Positions 48,894 through 60,020 of a stretch of 64,000 bases of DNA are shown piece after piece. Each line of letters opens with the position of its first letter. Within the stretch, counting starts at the first letter, position 1. The notes under the pieces were generated by a model, which did not search any database, had not been told where the DNA came from, and saw nothing but the letters and a program-made list of their open reading frames with translations. The DNA comes from Macrostomum lignano. Lineage: Eukaryota. The stretch lies in assembly GCA_002269645.1 (NCBI GenBank), contig NIVC01002366.1, forward strand, positions 1 through 64,000, read 5' to 3'. Position numbers and translations under genes: made by a program.

Positions 48894-50254
48894 CTGAGCT
48901 GGCGCCATCTCGACTCCACTGAGCACCCTCGATGCACTCTGAGCTGCATGACAGCTCTCAATAACAATTCGTGTCTGCACTGCAGTTCCCCGCTTTCAGC
49001 CCTGAGCTGAGGAGTTCCTTCAGCCAGTTTTTTATCCCGACACAAATCGCTAAACTCGTCTTAATGAAACTTTAAAAAAACTTCGCCGGGTCGCTCTTGT
49101 GTTGTGGGCAAGCTAAGCACTGTTTATCAAGTCAACTATAAGTACAAATCAACGCTGCTTGTAGAAATTATTTACATTTTTGTCTGCTGCTTTTTTTATT
49201 TGTAATGTGCGGCAACATCGACAACGGGCCGACTTTATCGTCGCTCGTCAGGCACGGGGGGGCGGTGGGTGCCGACGCAAGTCAAGGCGAGAGCCGGCCC
49301 GCAGCCAGCTCAAGGATGTGGGCAGTCGTGCTCAGTCCGCTGAACCCTGAGAACGCGCACGCACTTGCACAGGGTGTATGGAGCGGCCTGGAACTGGTGG
49401 CAACGGGCTCCAAATCAACGTGCCTGCAGCGCACAGAATCGAACCTGAAGGCATGTTGGAGCGAGAATCTCATGCAGAATATCATGCAGATATCATGCAG
49501 TACTCGCACTTCTATCCCGTGGCTTGTGGCTGCACCTCGAGGGCCTCACCGACGAGTCATCGGCTGCGCTACGCCCTTGGGCGTGCACTACCCCGACAGG
49601 TTGCCGTCCAGAGACCCGATGGCCCGCGCTGGCACACCAGACGTGAGCGGCACCCTTGCACCGGCGCTGCCAGATGCTGCTGGGCCTCCGGAGTCACGGC
49701 TGGCCCTTGCGTGTGTCTATCAGGACTATCAGTACAGGACTGTAGAGACAGCAACAGCAATGTAAAAAAAATTAATTATTCTCAGTTAAAGCCTGAGAAT
49801 GAGCGATTGAGCAGAGCTTGAGTGGGGACTCGAAAGATGCCATGCATGTATCGAGGATTATTTCCGTATGAGGACAAATATTTCATTCTAATTTTTCAAT
49901 TTCTGCCAAAAATTCTCAATTTTTCAAAACTGTTTTGTAATCGCTCACTTTTTTTTAGAAAAGACGGCTTCTTAACAGGTAATTATGCAAAACTGCAGAT
50001 GCCCAGTGTGCAGCCAATTCATCCAAATCATCACTCTCGCAAGTCAAGTGTTTTTAAAAGGTCTACTAAAATAACATGCTATTGAATGTAAGTGCACCGA
50101 TCAGACTCCACATGAGCAATTTGCAGCTTAACAGTAACGGATGGCAAGCCATTTTTCCGCCCGTCGAACTACCAATGGGAAGATTATCCCCTGCCATTTT
50201 CGCTTGCGCTGGAAAGGCTCGAGCAACGTCCCATCTAATGACCGAATCGAAGCC

Positions 50255-50800
50255 CCTCTAATGACCTAATATAAGCTTCTAATTACCTAATTTAAGCCCA
50301 TCTAATAACCGAATCTAAGCCCTTCTAATGACTTAATCTAAACCTTTTTAATCACCTAATTAAAGTCCTTCTAATGACCGAAGCAAAGCCCTTCCAATGA
50401 CAGAATCTAAGCCCTTCAAAAGACTTAATCTAAGCCCTTCTAATGACCTAATTTAAGCCCTTCTAATGACCCAATCTAAGCCTTTCTAATCACCTAATTT
50501 AAGCCCTTCCAATGACCGAAGCAAAGCCCTTCTAATGACAGAATCTAAGCCCTTCTAATGACCTAATCTAAGCCCTTCTAATGACCGAATCTAAACCCCT
50601 GTAATGACCGAATCTAAAACCCTCTAATGCCCGAATCTAAGCCCTTCTAATGACCTAATATAAGCCCCTCTAATGACCTAATTTAAGCTCTTTTAATGAC
50701 CGAATTTAAGCCCCTCTAATGACCTAATTTAACCCCTTCTAATGACCGAATCTAAGCCCTTTCAATGACCGAATCTAAGCCCTTTTAATGACTGAATCTC
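50255..50800. repeat. 23-bp degenerate minisatellite
   Basis: CCTTCTAATGACCGAATCTAAGC and variants. Confidence 0.9.
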
Positions 50801-51584
50801 GGCTTAAATAAATGCATGCAAAGACCGCATTTTAAACTTGTACATAACCTCATAATCTAATCTTGTACGAGCTAGATGGAACCGGATAAGCCCTTGCCTG
50901 TCCCTAATATCCTTAGCACACTGATTAGTGCTCTATAAATATCAGACCTCACAATGAAGCACCTAATTAATGGCACGCACAGCTAAAGTAGCTGTAAAAA
51001 AAGTCACGCCTATTTTAAACTGAATTTTATATAACAATACTAATAATAATAATCCTCTACAAGACTCTAAAAATGAATACCAACGCAAGGTGCAGCTGAA
51101 GCTCAGGAAGCCGAGCTTATTAATAGTAACAACCAACACTCAGCCCCGCCGCCCACAGCTGACGATCGGCCAGCCAGAAAATAACTTGCAATTAATGTCA
51201 CTAATAAGCCATGGAGTGCATAGCTCGTACTGTTCCGTACTATAATGTCACTTCCTTCGCTTTGTGCACTCGAAGCCCCTCGCCTCTCCGACACGCTTAA
51301 CTTAAAGTAGGAACTTTACTTGAAATCTCTTTGAACAGTCTGGCTATTCCACATCTTGCGCCGTTGCTTTTGGAAAAGGTCAACGAGATTCTTCGTTCTA
51401 GGAATATAATTCTAAGCAGAGTTAACTTGCACTCGCTCCGCTAATTTCCAGTGCCAAATTCAATGGCGAGTCAGCTGTTTAGATAAAAAAACTTTTTCTG
51501 TTGCTGTATTTACTACTTAGTAATGTAGGCAAATAACTCTTGAGTATTTTATCGTTTAGCTTCATCCAGTCGTTACATGTAGTG

Positions 51585-51800
51585 CGGATGTCAGCTACTG
51601 ACAGCAATTGTCAGTGCGGATGTCAGCTACTGTCGGTAAGTGTCTGTGCGGATGTCAGCTACTGACAGCAATTGTCAGTGCGGATGTCAGCTACTGACAG
51701 CAATTGTCAGTGCGGATGTCAGCTACTGTCGGTAAGTGTCTGTGCCGATGTCAGCTACTGTCGGTAAGTGTCTGTGCTAATGTCAGCTACTGACAACTAA
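51585..51800. repeat. 32-bp minisatellite
   Basis: GTGCGGATGTCAGCTACTGACAGCAATTGTCA, about 6 copies. Confidence 0.85.
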
Positions 51801-51968
51801 CTGACAGTGCTATTATCAAACAAATTTCAAAATTGATAAAGAAATGGAAAAGTGAACACCGGAGACTCAGTTTGGCTATCAAATTTCACAAATATATTTA
51901 AATGCCCTTACAAGAAAAATGCATAGCTAGGTGCAAAATCCCGCAGAGCTGTGCACTCACAGCGCCAG

Positions 51969-54900
51969 TCACTTGCCGCACTCCAGCTTGTGCAGGCGCC
52001 AGTGCGCCCGCTGGCAGCGCCTGTCGCAGTACAGCCTCCGTCCGGAGCAGCCGCTGCAGGCCATCAGGCGGGACGGCGGCGGGGGAGCGGCCTTACCGCA
52101 GGCGTGGCACCGCTCGCGCACCTGGGAGGCCACGGTAGCCACGCCGGTGCGGAAGGAGAGCTCCAGCTGCCGAGCCGCCAGGCAGGCCAGGTATTCATCC
52201 AGCTGAGCGCGGGTGGTCGGCACCGGGAACTCCTGGGTTGGCAAACAGGAATGACAGGTGAAAATAATTCGAGCATCTGCCACCCCAGCAGCTACCCCAC
52301 CCCAGCAGCTACCCCACCCCAGCAGCTACCCCACCCCAGCAGCTACCCCACCCCAGCAGCTACCCCAACTCAGCAGCTACCCCACCCCAGCAGCTACCCC
52401 AACTCAGCAGCTACCCCACCCCAGCAGCTACCCCAACTCAGCAGCTACCCCACCCCAGCAGCCACCCCAACTCAGCAGCTACCCCACACCAGCAGCTACC
52501 CCAACTCAGCAGCTACCCCACCCCAGCAGCTACCCCAACTCAGCAGCTACCCCACCCCAGCAGCTACCCCAACTCAGCAGCTACCCCAACTCAGCAGCTA
52601 CCCCACCCCAGCAGCTACCCCAACTCAGCAGCTACCCCAACTCAGCAGCTACCCCACCCCAGCAGCTACCCCAACTCAGCAGCTACCCCACCCAGCAGCT
52701 ACCCCACTCCAGCAGCTACCCCACCCCAGCAGCTACCCCAACCCAGCAGCTACCCCACCCCAGCAGCTACCCCACTCCAGCAGCTACCCCACACCAGCAG
52801 CTACCCCAACTCAGCAGCTACCCCACCCCAGCAGCTACCCCAACTCAGCAGCTACCCCAACTCAGCAGCTACCCCAACTCAGCAGCTACCCCAACTCAGC
52901 AGCTACCCCACCTCAGCAGCTACCCCACCCCAGCAGCTACCCCACCCCAGCAGCTACCCCACCTCAGCAGCTACCCCACCTCAGCAGCTACCCCACCTCA
53001 GCAGCTACCCCAACTCAGCAGCTACCCCACCTCAGCAGCTTCCCCACCGCAGCAGCAGCTACACTACCCCCAGCCCACCTGCTTGCCGCTGTCCGGCGAG
53101 TAGAAGCTCCAGCTGGCCGAGTCCACATCGAACCGGATCGGCCGGGACAGTAGGCGGGAGGCCCGGCACGTCTCGGAGTTGAAGGCGCGCAGAAACTCCA
53201 GGCTGAGCTGGGCGGTGCCGGCGTGGTCGTGAGGCGAGCAGACGGCCAGGCAGTCCAGGCTGGGGCACACCGCCACCAGGGAGCGACCGGGCATCTCGGA
53301 CAGCAGGCCCGGACACCAGGAGTCGGGCCGCAGCAGGGCAAGTCCGGCCAGCATTCGGTCGGAGTGCCGCTGGGCGAGGCGGCGCACCTAAGAAATGAAA
53401 GGGCAAAATGCGATGTGTGTTTTTTTGCCTTGCACTGCGGCCATGATGCCGCAATGATGCTAAGGAGGGTTCCCATCTTCTATGACCTCACCTGCAGCCT
53501 CTCCTGTTTTTTATGACCTCACCTGCAGCCTCTCCTGTTTTTTATGACCTCACCTGCGGCCTCTCCTGTTTTTTATGACCTCACATGCGGTCTCTCCTGT
53601 CTTCTATGACCTCACCTGCGGCCTCTCCTGTCTTCTATGACCTCACCTACGGCCTCTCCTGTCTTCTATAACCTCACCTGCGGCCTCTCCTGTCTTCTAT
53701 GACCCACCTGCGGCCTCTCCTGTCTTTTATGACCTCACCTGCAGCCTCTCCTGTTTTTTATGACCTCACCTGCGGCTCTCCTGTCTTCTATGACCCACCT
53801 GCGGCCTCTTCTGTCTTTTATGACCTCACCTGCGGCCTCTCCTGTCTTCTATGACCTCACCTGCGGCCTCTCCTGTCTTCTATGACCTCACCTGCGGCCT
53901 CTCCTGTCTTTATGACCTCACCTGCGGCTGCCTGCCTTCTATGACCTCACCTGCGGCCTCTCCTACGGGTTCCCAAATGGCCTCTTCAATGACCTGCCCA
54001 TGGCCTCTAAACCCCCCTCACCAAACCACCGCCCTCCCCAGCAGCGGGCGCAGCCTCCATCAGCGGTCCCGCCAGCATCTCCCGATTCAACCGGTTGGCG
54101 GCCTCCTTCATCGCCTCGGCCGCGGCCGCAGCTTCAGTCACGTGACGATACCGCTCGGGCATTCGCTCGTTCACCAGTCGCAGGCTGGCCGCTGCTCCGT
54201 CCGCTGAAACGGCCAGCACCGCCAGGCCGACGGTCAGCTCGGCAGACAGGCTGGAGAGGTGCGGCGCCAGCTGGGGCCAGTCGGCCAGCTCCACCGGCCG
54301 CTCCAGCTCGGACAGCTCCGCGGCCGTCAGGTCCGCGTGCTGCCGGCTCAGCGGGAAGGCCAACGGGCGGCCATCCGCGGGAACTTCGGCGGGGAAGAGA
54401 GGGGAAATGGAAATTGCTTCGAATTATCTGACAGTTGTGTGAGCCACCAGTTTACCTCTGATCCCTCAGTGAGCCACCAGTTTATCGCTGATTCCTCAGT
54501 GAGCCACCAGTTTATCTCTGATTCCCCAGTGAGCCATCAGTTTATCTCTGATTCCTCAGTGAGCCACCAGTTTATCTGATCTCTCAGTGAGGCCCCAGTT
54601 TATCTCTGATCCTCCAGTGAGCCACCAGTTTATCTCTGATTCCTCAGTGAGCCACCAGTTTATCTCTGATTCCTCAGTGAGCCACCAGTTTATCTGATCT
54701 CTCAGTGAGGCCCCAGTTTATCTCTGATCCCTCAGTGAACCACCAGTTTATCTGATCTCTCAGTGAGCCACCAGTTTATCTCTGATTCCTCAGTGAGCCC
54801 CCAGTTATTCTCTAGAGTCTTCAGTGAGCCCCAGTTATTCTCCAGAGTCTTCAGTGAGCCCCAGTTATTCTCCAGAGTCTTCAGTGAGCCCCCAGTTTAT

Positions 54901-56155
54901 CTCCTGAGTCTTCAGTGAGCCCCCAGTTTATCTCCAGAGTCTTCAGTGAGCCCCCAGTTTATCTGTGATTCCTCAGTGAGCCCCCAGTTATTCTCTAGAG
55001 TCTTCAGTGAGCCCCAGTTATTCTCCAGAGTCTTCAGTGAGCCCTAGTTATTCTCCAGAGTCTTCAGTGAGCCCCCAGTTTATCTCCTGAGTCTTCAGTG
55101 AGCCCCCAGTTTATCTCCAGAGTCTTCAGTGAGCCCCCAGTTTATCTGTGATTCCCCAGTGAGCCACCAGTTTATCTGTGATTCCCCAGTGAGCCACCAG
55201 TTTATCTGTGATTCCCCAGCGAGCCACCAGTTTATCTCTGATTCCTCAGTGAGCCCCCAGTTTATCTCCAGAGTCTTCAGTGAGCCCCCAGTTTATCTCC
55301 AGAGTCTTCAGTGAGCCCCAGTTTATCTCCAGAGTCTTCAGTGAGCCCCCAGTTTATCTCCAGAGTCTTCAGTGAGCCCCCAGTTTATCTCCAGAGTCTT
55401 CAGTGAGCCCCCAGTTTATCTCCAGAGTCTTCAGTGAGCCCCAGTTTATCTCCAGAGTCTTCAGTGAGCCCCAGTTTATCTCCAGAGTCTTCAGTGAGCC
55501 CCCAGTTTATCTCCTGAGTCTTCAGTGAGCCCCCAGTTTATCTCCAGAGTCTTCAGTGAGCCCCCAGTTTATCTCCAGAGTCTTCAGTGAGCCCCCAGTT
55601 TATCTCTGATTCCTCAGTGAGCTACCAGTTTATCTCCAGAGTCTTTAGTGAGCCCCCAGTTTATCTCCTGAGTCTTCAGTGAGCCCCCAGTTTATCTCCT
55701 GAGTCTTCAGTGAGCCCCCAGTTTATCTCCAGAGTCTTCAGTGAGCAAACCCCTTAGCGGGCCCTACAGGGCGGCCAGATCCAGCGCTCACCCTCTCCAT
55801 ACTGCTCAGCCGCGATCCGCACGGAGTCCCCCTCAATCTCAGCCAAGACCTGAGCCGCCAGGTGCTCGGCAGCTTCGGGCAGCAGGTCCAACTGGGGCTC
55901 GAATTGCCAAAACTGGTCCAGCGGATGCTGGTCAAGACCTTCTAGAGGACGGAAGTAAGCATACAGCCTGCCAGCAGTGGGTTCAGTCACCAGGGTGAGG
56001 CCAGGGTGCCAGCATTGGGCATCAATGGCATTCAGCAGCGACAGCAGTGGCAGATGGCTAAGCAAGGCTTGCTTTCTACCAGATACCAGCAGCTGGTGCT
56101 GCTTCTCAGCTGCTAGCACAGGTGCAAAACTAGATTCAGTCTTGTCTAGTAGCAT
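51969..56155 (-). CDS. MYND zinc-finger protein, 4 coding exons, ~432 aa; N-terminal region DUF1444-like (tentative)
   Basis: Exons 56155-55792, 54383-54022, 53387-53079 and 52232-51969 join in phase (1299 nt). C-terminal CHACGK...CSGC...YCDRRCQRAHWRLHKLEC is a canonical MYND finger. The start codon choice is uncertain. Confidence 0.85.
52270..53060. repeat. 18-bp intronic minisatellite
   Basis: CCCCACCCCAGCAGCTAC and CCCCAACTCAGCAGCTAC units. Confidence 0.95.
53470..53965. repeat. 31-bp intronic minisatellite
   Basis: TATGACCTCACCTGCGGCCTCTCCTGTCTTC, about 16 copies. Confidence 0.93.
54430..55746. repeat. ~31-bp intronic minisatellite
   Basis: GTGAGCCCCCAGTTTATCTCCAGAGTCTTCA and GTGAGCCACCAGTTTATCTCTGATTCCTCA families. 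Confidence 0.93.
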
Positions 56156-57098
56156 AGCTGAAGCTCTGCAGTGTTGTTTTTCAATTGGTTCTTTGGTGTA
56201 GCTAATAGTGGTCAAAAATTTCAAAATAAAATCAAATAATTTATCCTAACTTTGTGTTAAATTAATTGATTAACTATTGATAGAAGTTTTAAAATCTTGA
56301 GAATCTAAAAAATTATAAAGGTATTGATAACATAGATAACTCAAATGCAATATGGCACTTATATTTTGATGTTAAACTAAGATAGGGCCTAAATAATAAA
56401 AAATCTAAAATAAACATTGGCAGATCATATAAGCAACCTCTTGCTTGCAATAACATACTACTGAGGATTTACTCCATTATGTTAGACATCTTATAAGAAT
56501 ATATAGCTTATCTCTTATTTAACTTATTCCTATGATGCAATAATCCATGGCCAACAACAATATGATAAGCTTTACTATCTTTGTTGAAGTTAGCAGAGCT
56601 GTAAGGATTTAAAATATAATAAGCATAAATAATTTATAACATTTAATTTACTATATGATAGTAGTTAAAATTCCAATAAAGTTGTTTGTCCTTATCTATT
56701 CATTACAAAAAAACACAAAGTAACAATTTTAACCAAACCCTACAAATAAAAGATATCCTAGCCAAAGCCAAAGTAAGCCAATGGCTTTTAAAATTTAAGG
56801 CAATTGAAAAAATCAATAGAATAAGTGAGAGTGAGAGGAAGATATCTAAAAGTATACATTTATTGACCAACTTAGTAAAAAAGCCCTTAACTTGCTGGCT
56901 AATGCTTTACAACCCTATAAGCCAAAAGATAAGATTTCCAATGAGGAAATCATTAAGAGGAACTTTTTTAAAAGGAAACAAAGGCAACAAAGTCAAGACT
57001 AGCCTATTTATAAACCTACTATTTAAAGCAAGAAGATAATGGAACTATTTGGCTAGGTCAAGAGATTGTTAGAAAGTTTCTAATAGAAAAATTGAAAG

Positions 57099-57269
57099 AT
57101 CTCACTTGGGAAATAATATCTGTGGCTAATAAAAGACAAAAAAGAAGTGACACTTTGATAATCAATAAGACAGTTTCACAATGGTCTCACTTGGGAAATA
57201 ATATCTGTAGCTAATAAAAGACAAAAAAGAAGTGACACTTTGATAATCAATAAGACAGTTTCACAATGC
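57099..57269. repeat. Tandem duplication of ~86 bp in AT-rich DNA
   Basis: TCTCACTTGGGAAATAATATCTGT...GACAGTTTCACAATG occurs twice in succession. Confidence 0.8.
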
Positions 57270-60020
57270 AAGCCAGATGCATGACAAAAGATTACAAAGC
57301 AAGCTAGTTTTATAGAAAATGGAATCTAAAGAGCTAAGAAGACCAAACAAAACTTTTTTGCTATGGCAAAGAAATACAATTATAACTTAATTACTTAATA
57401 TATAACTAGGCCTACGCCTACATATCTGCCTAGGCTTCAAGTTAAGTCAGGCAGGCACTCAGGCAGGCTATGGAATTTCATTATATTAGATTAAATTTTA
57501 ATGTTAAATTAGATTAAACGCCAATCACTCGCTATTGCATGCTAATCGAAACAGCAGCCAGGGCCCACGGGTGCTATTATTAATAATTATTATAATTATT
57601 ATACTAAGCTTAAACTATAAAGCTAAAAAATTACCTACCCACATTGTGGAAATTTAAAACTTTACTTCATTGATTCTCTCCAGAAGTCAGAATCAGATCG
57701 AGAGCTTTATTCTAAATTAACGTTTTGCTGATTTAAAAAAATGTACTAACAAAACAACTTTACCTAGTCATACAGCTTAGGCTTTCGTATCATTTTGTTT
57801 ATGTTTTATGTGCATAGACTGGGTGTCAAGTAAAGAAGTCCAACAAAAATTCAGTATAAAGTACTCTGAAACATTTATAAGTATGATTTTTAAGTTTGCA
57901 AGGAAGCAATAAGGAATGTTATCGTAACATTCCAGCAGGTTTATATTTTTATCTTAGGAAATTAGTACAGGCCGGTCTCTCTTACCAAATCGTGCTAGAC
58001 ATGGCAACTGCGCTCGCTGTTTTTAAACAAAAAAGGGTTTAAAATTGCTTTTTAACGATCCTTTGCCCAAGAGCATGACCCCATGACAAACAGACAGGGG
58101 CAACAGACAACAGACAGAGGCACCAGTTCAGCGGCACAAAGGGTCAGGAGGGCCATGACCGCGCGAGGGACCAGCTTCGCGGTCTGGGCGCTGGTGGCCA
58201 AAGCAGGCTGACATTCAAACTGCCGTTAATTAGGCCCGCGTTCGAGTCATTGACAAACGTATAGACTGATTATAAAGTCTCGCAGAGTGTCTCTTCATCC
58301 GCGGTTGTTTTTCTAGCCTTTATGTACAATAGCTAGGGTTGGAAACGAGTTTTGAACAGGTGCGAATATCATCCGGCCGTGGTGGCATGAGTTTAAGCGC
58401 TGTAACTTAGTGAGTTCGCAGAGTGGAGTAGGCGGCGCGGGTGGATCTGGCGTCGGTATGGTCGTTAGCCGCGGTAGCGAAAGGCAGAGCGGAATGCTGA
58501 AAATTAAATAGTAGCTTTTTAAAGTACTAGACCATCTGCGGGGACATAACGGCAGTGGAGTCGGACTAATTTGACGAGAGGATCGCTACAGTGTACGTAA
58601 CTGAAAGCACCGAATACAAAACATTACCAATGGTTGGTACTGATTCTAGATTTTTCCCTGCCGCAATTAACAAAAATTCAAAAGCCGTCAAGACGGTCTC
58701 TGATGATCATATTGTCACCGGCCCAGACTTGGCCCAGAGGGTTGTGGTGCGGCCTGGAGCTTCCTGGCTGCATGGTGATCTTGCATTGCTGGTGAGAGCG
58801 ACCCTTATTTTAGGAAGATAACCGCGCTCTGTGCTGCTTTGAGCTGCCATTGCGCTAGGTGAACCTACCCGTGTGCAGGGAGCTGTTGCAGGTAAACGGG
58901 CTACATGACCAGGCCTCATGCCTGAGCCCCGAAGCAGCGTGCCCTGCCGAAGGCGAGACCCACCAAGAATTCGGGGATCCTAGTAGGCTTTGGAGCGTGT
59001 TCAGTTGCCCACTGCGACCCTGCCTGAAGGGAAATTTCCGCCGGAGAATGATGGTTTCTGAGGAGGCCGGATCTGACCCCACTAAAAGCGGGTTGGCGGA
59101 GTCAGACTGTGCAATAAAAATTCGCTTCGCAGTAAAGATCACCCAAAATTTTCGCCCCTGAAGGCGCCCAATCTCGCCTCTTATGGCTTAGGTGGTCCGG
59201 GTCCAGCACTTCTGGTGGACCCTCTACAGACTTCAGGGACAGAGCCCTACTCCGGGCTGATATCCTGCTGGGCAAACCCCGTTTAACAACAAAAACAATT
59301 AACAAAAGATAGACATACGGTCGTACGATCGTGTTACACAGATTGTTTCCATCTTTACACATATATGCAGGTATAGAAGCATACTACTGTTCTAAACGGC
59401 TTGTAATTAAATTTAAGCAAAATTTAAGCATTGAGGATTGTTTGCTTGAAGTGCAAGCGCCCAATGCCAATAACCCAGTTCAATTCTGTCTGCCTACTCT
59501 TGCAAAAGTACAATAATTTCTCTCTCTCGCTATACCCGACCCTGTCCCGCTTGTACAGGGCGGGTTGCCATTGACAACAGTCCAAACTGTACATGTATAG
59601 GGAAAATGTATGCCCCCCGGTGAGACAAAAATGTGATTATTAAGGTTACAGCTACTGAGGTATTTGTAGATGCGTTCAGAGGTGGAGTAGAGATTGAGAG
59701 AGAGAGGTGAGCAAACAGACTGAGTACGCGGAGCCCAGCTCTTTCCGGCTCATATAGGAGCTCAAAACTCTGCTCAAACAATGAAGGGCAAGAAACCAAA
59801 TGCGTACAGGGCCTCAGACAGGCGTGGGAAATCCTCTGATTGGATGAGAAGCCGACTGCTCTTCCTGCCACTCCCAACCTTCTCCTTCTGCTCCTGCTCT
59901 CCTGACTGGGTTACTAAAAATACAGCCATTAGCAGTTCGGTTTATAAGGGACACAAAGTAACAACTGGTTGGGAAAATTCGATTTCAAATCCTTCTAGTG
60001 CTTCTCCCAACAGATAGAAT

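Noticed and set aside
49205-49821. GC-rich island with a faint SWIM-finger-like trace (WAVV...NAH-CTC...SGLE), possibly a decayed transposon ORF
   Set aside because: It needs several frameshifts and the CxH part cannot be recovered; tBLASTn would be needed.
51951-53153. 400-aa and 281-aa plus-strand Pro/Gln-rich ORFs
   Set aside because: Antisense to the MYND gene and made of its 18-bp intronic repeat.
56230-57950. Very AT-rich stretch suspected to be an organellar insert
   Set aside because: No recognisable mitochondrial gene, tRNA or rRNA motif.
58700-59320. Possible 5' UTR of a non-LTR retrotransposon or a self-cleaving ribozyme (minus-strand hairpin GGGTCCA...TGGACCC, two CTTCGG motifs)
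   Set aside because: No endonuclease or RT ORF follows, the UUCG stems do not pair beyond one base pair, and no HDV or hammerhead core could be built by eye.
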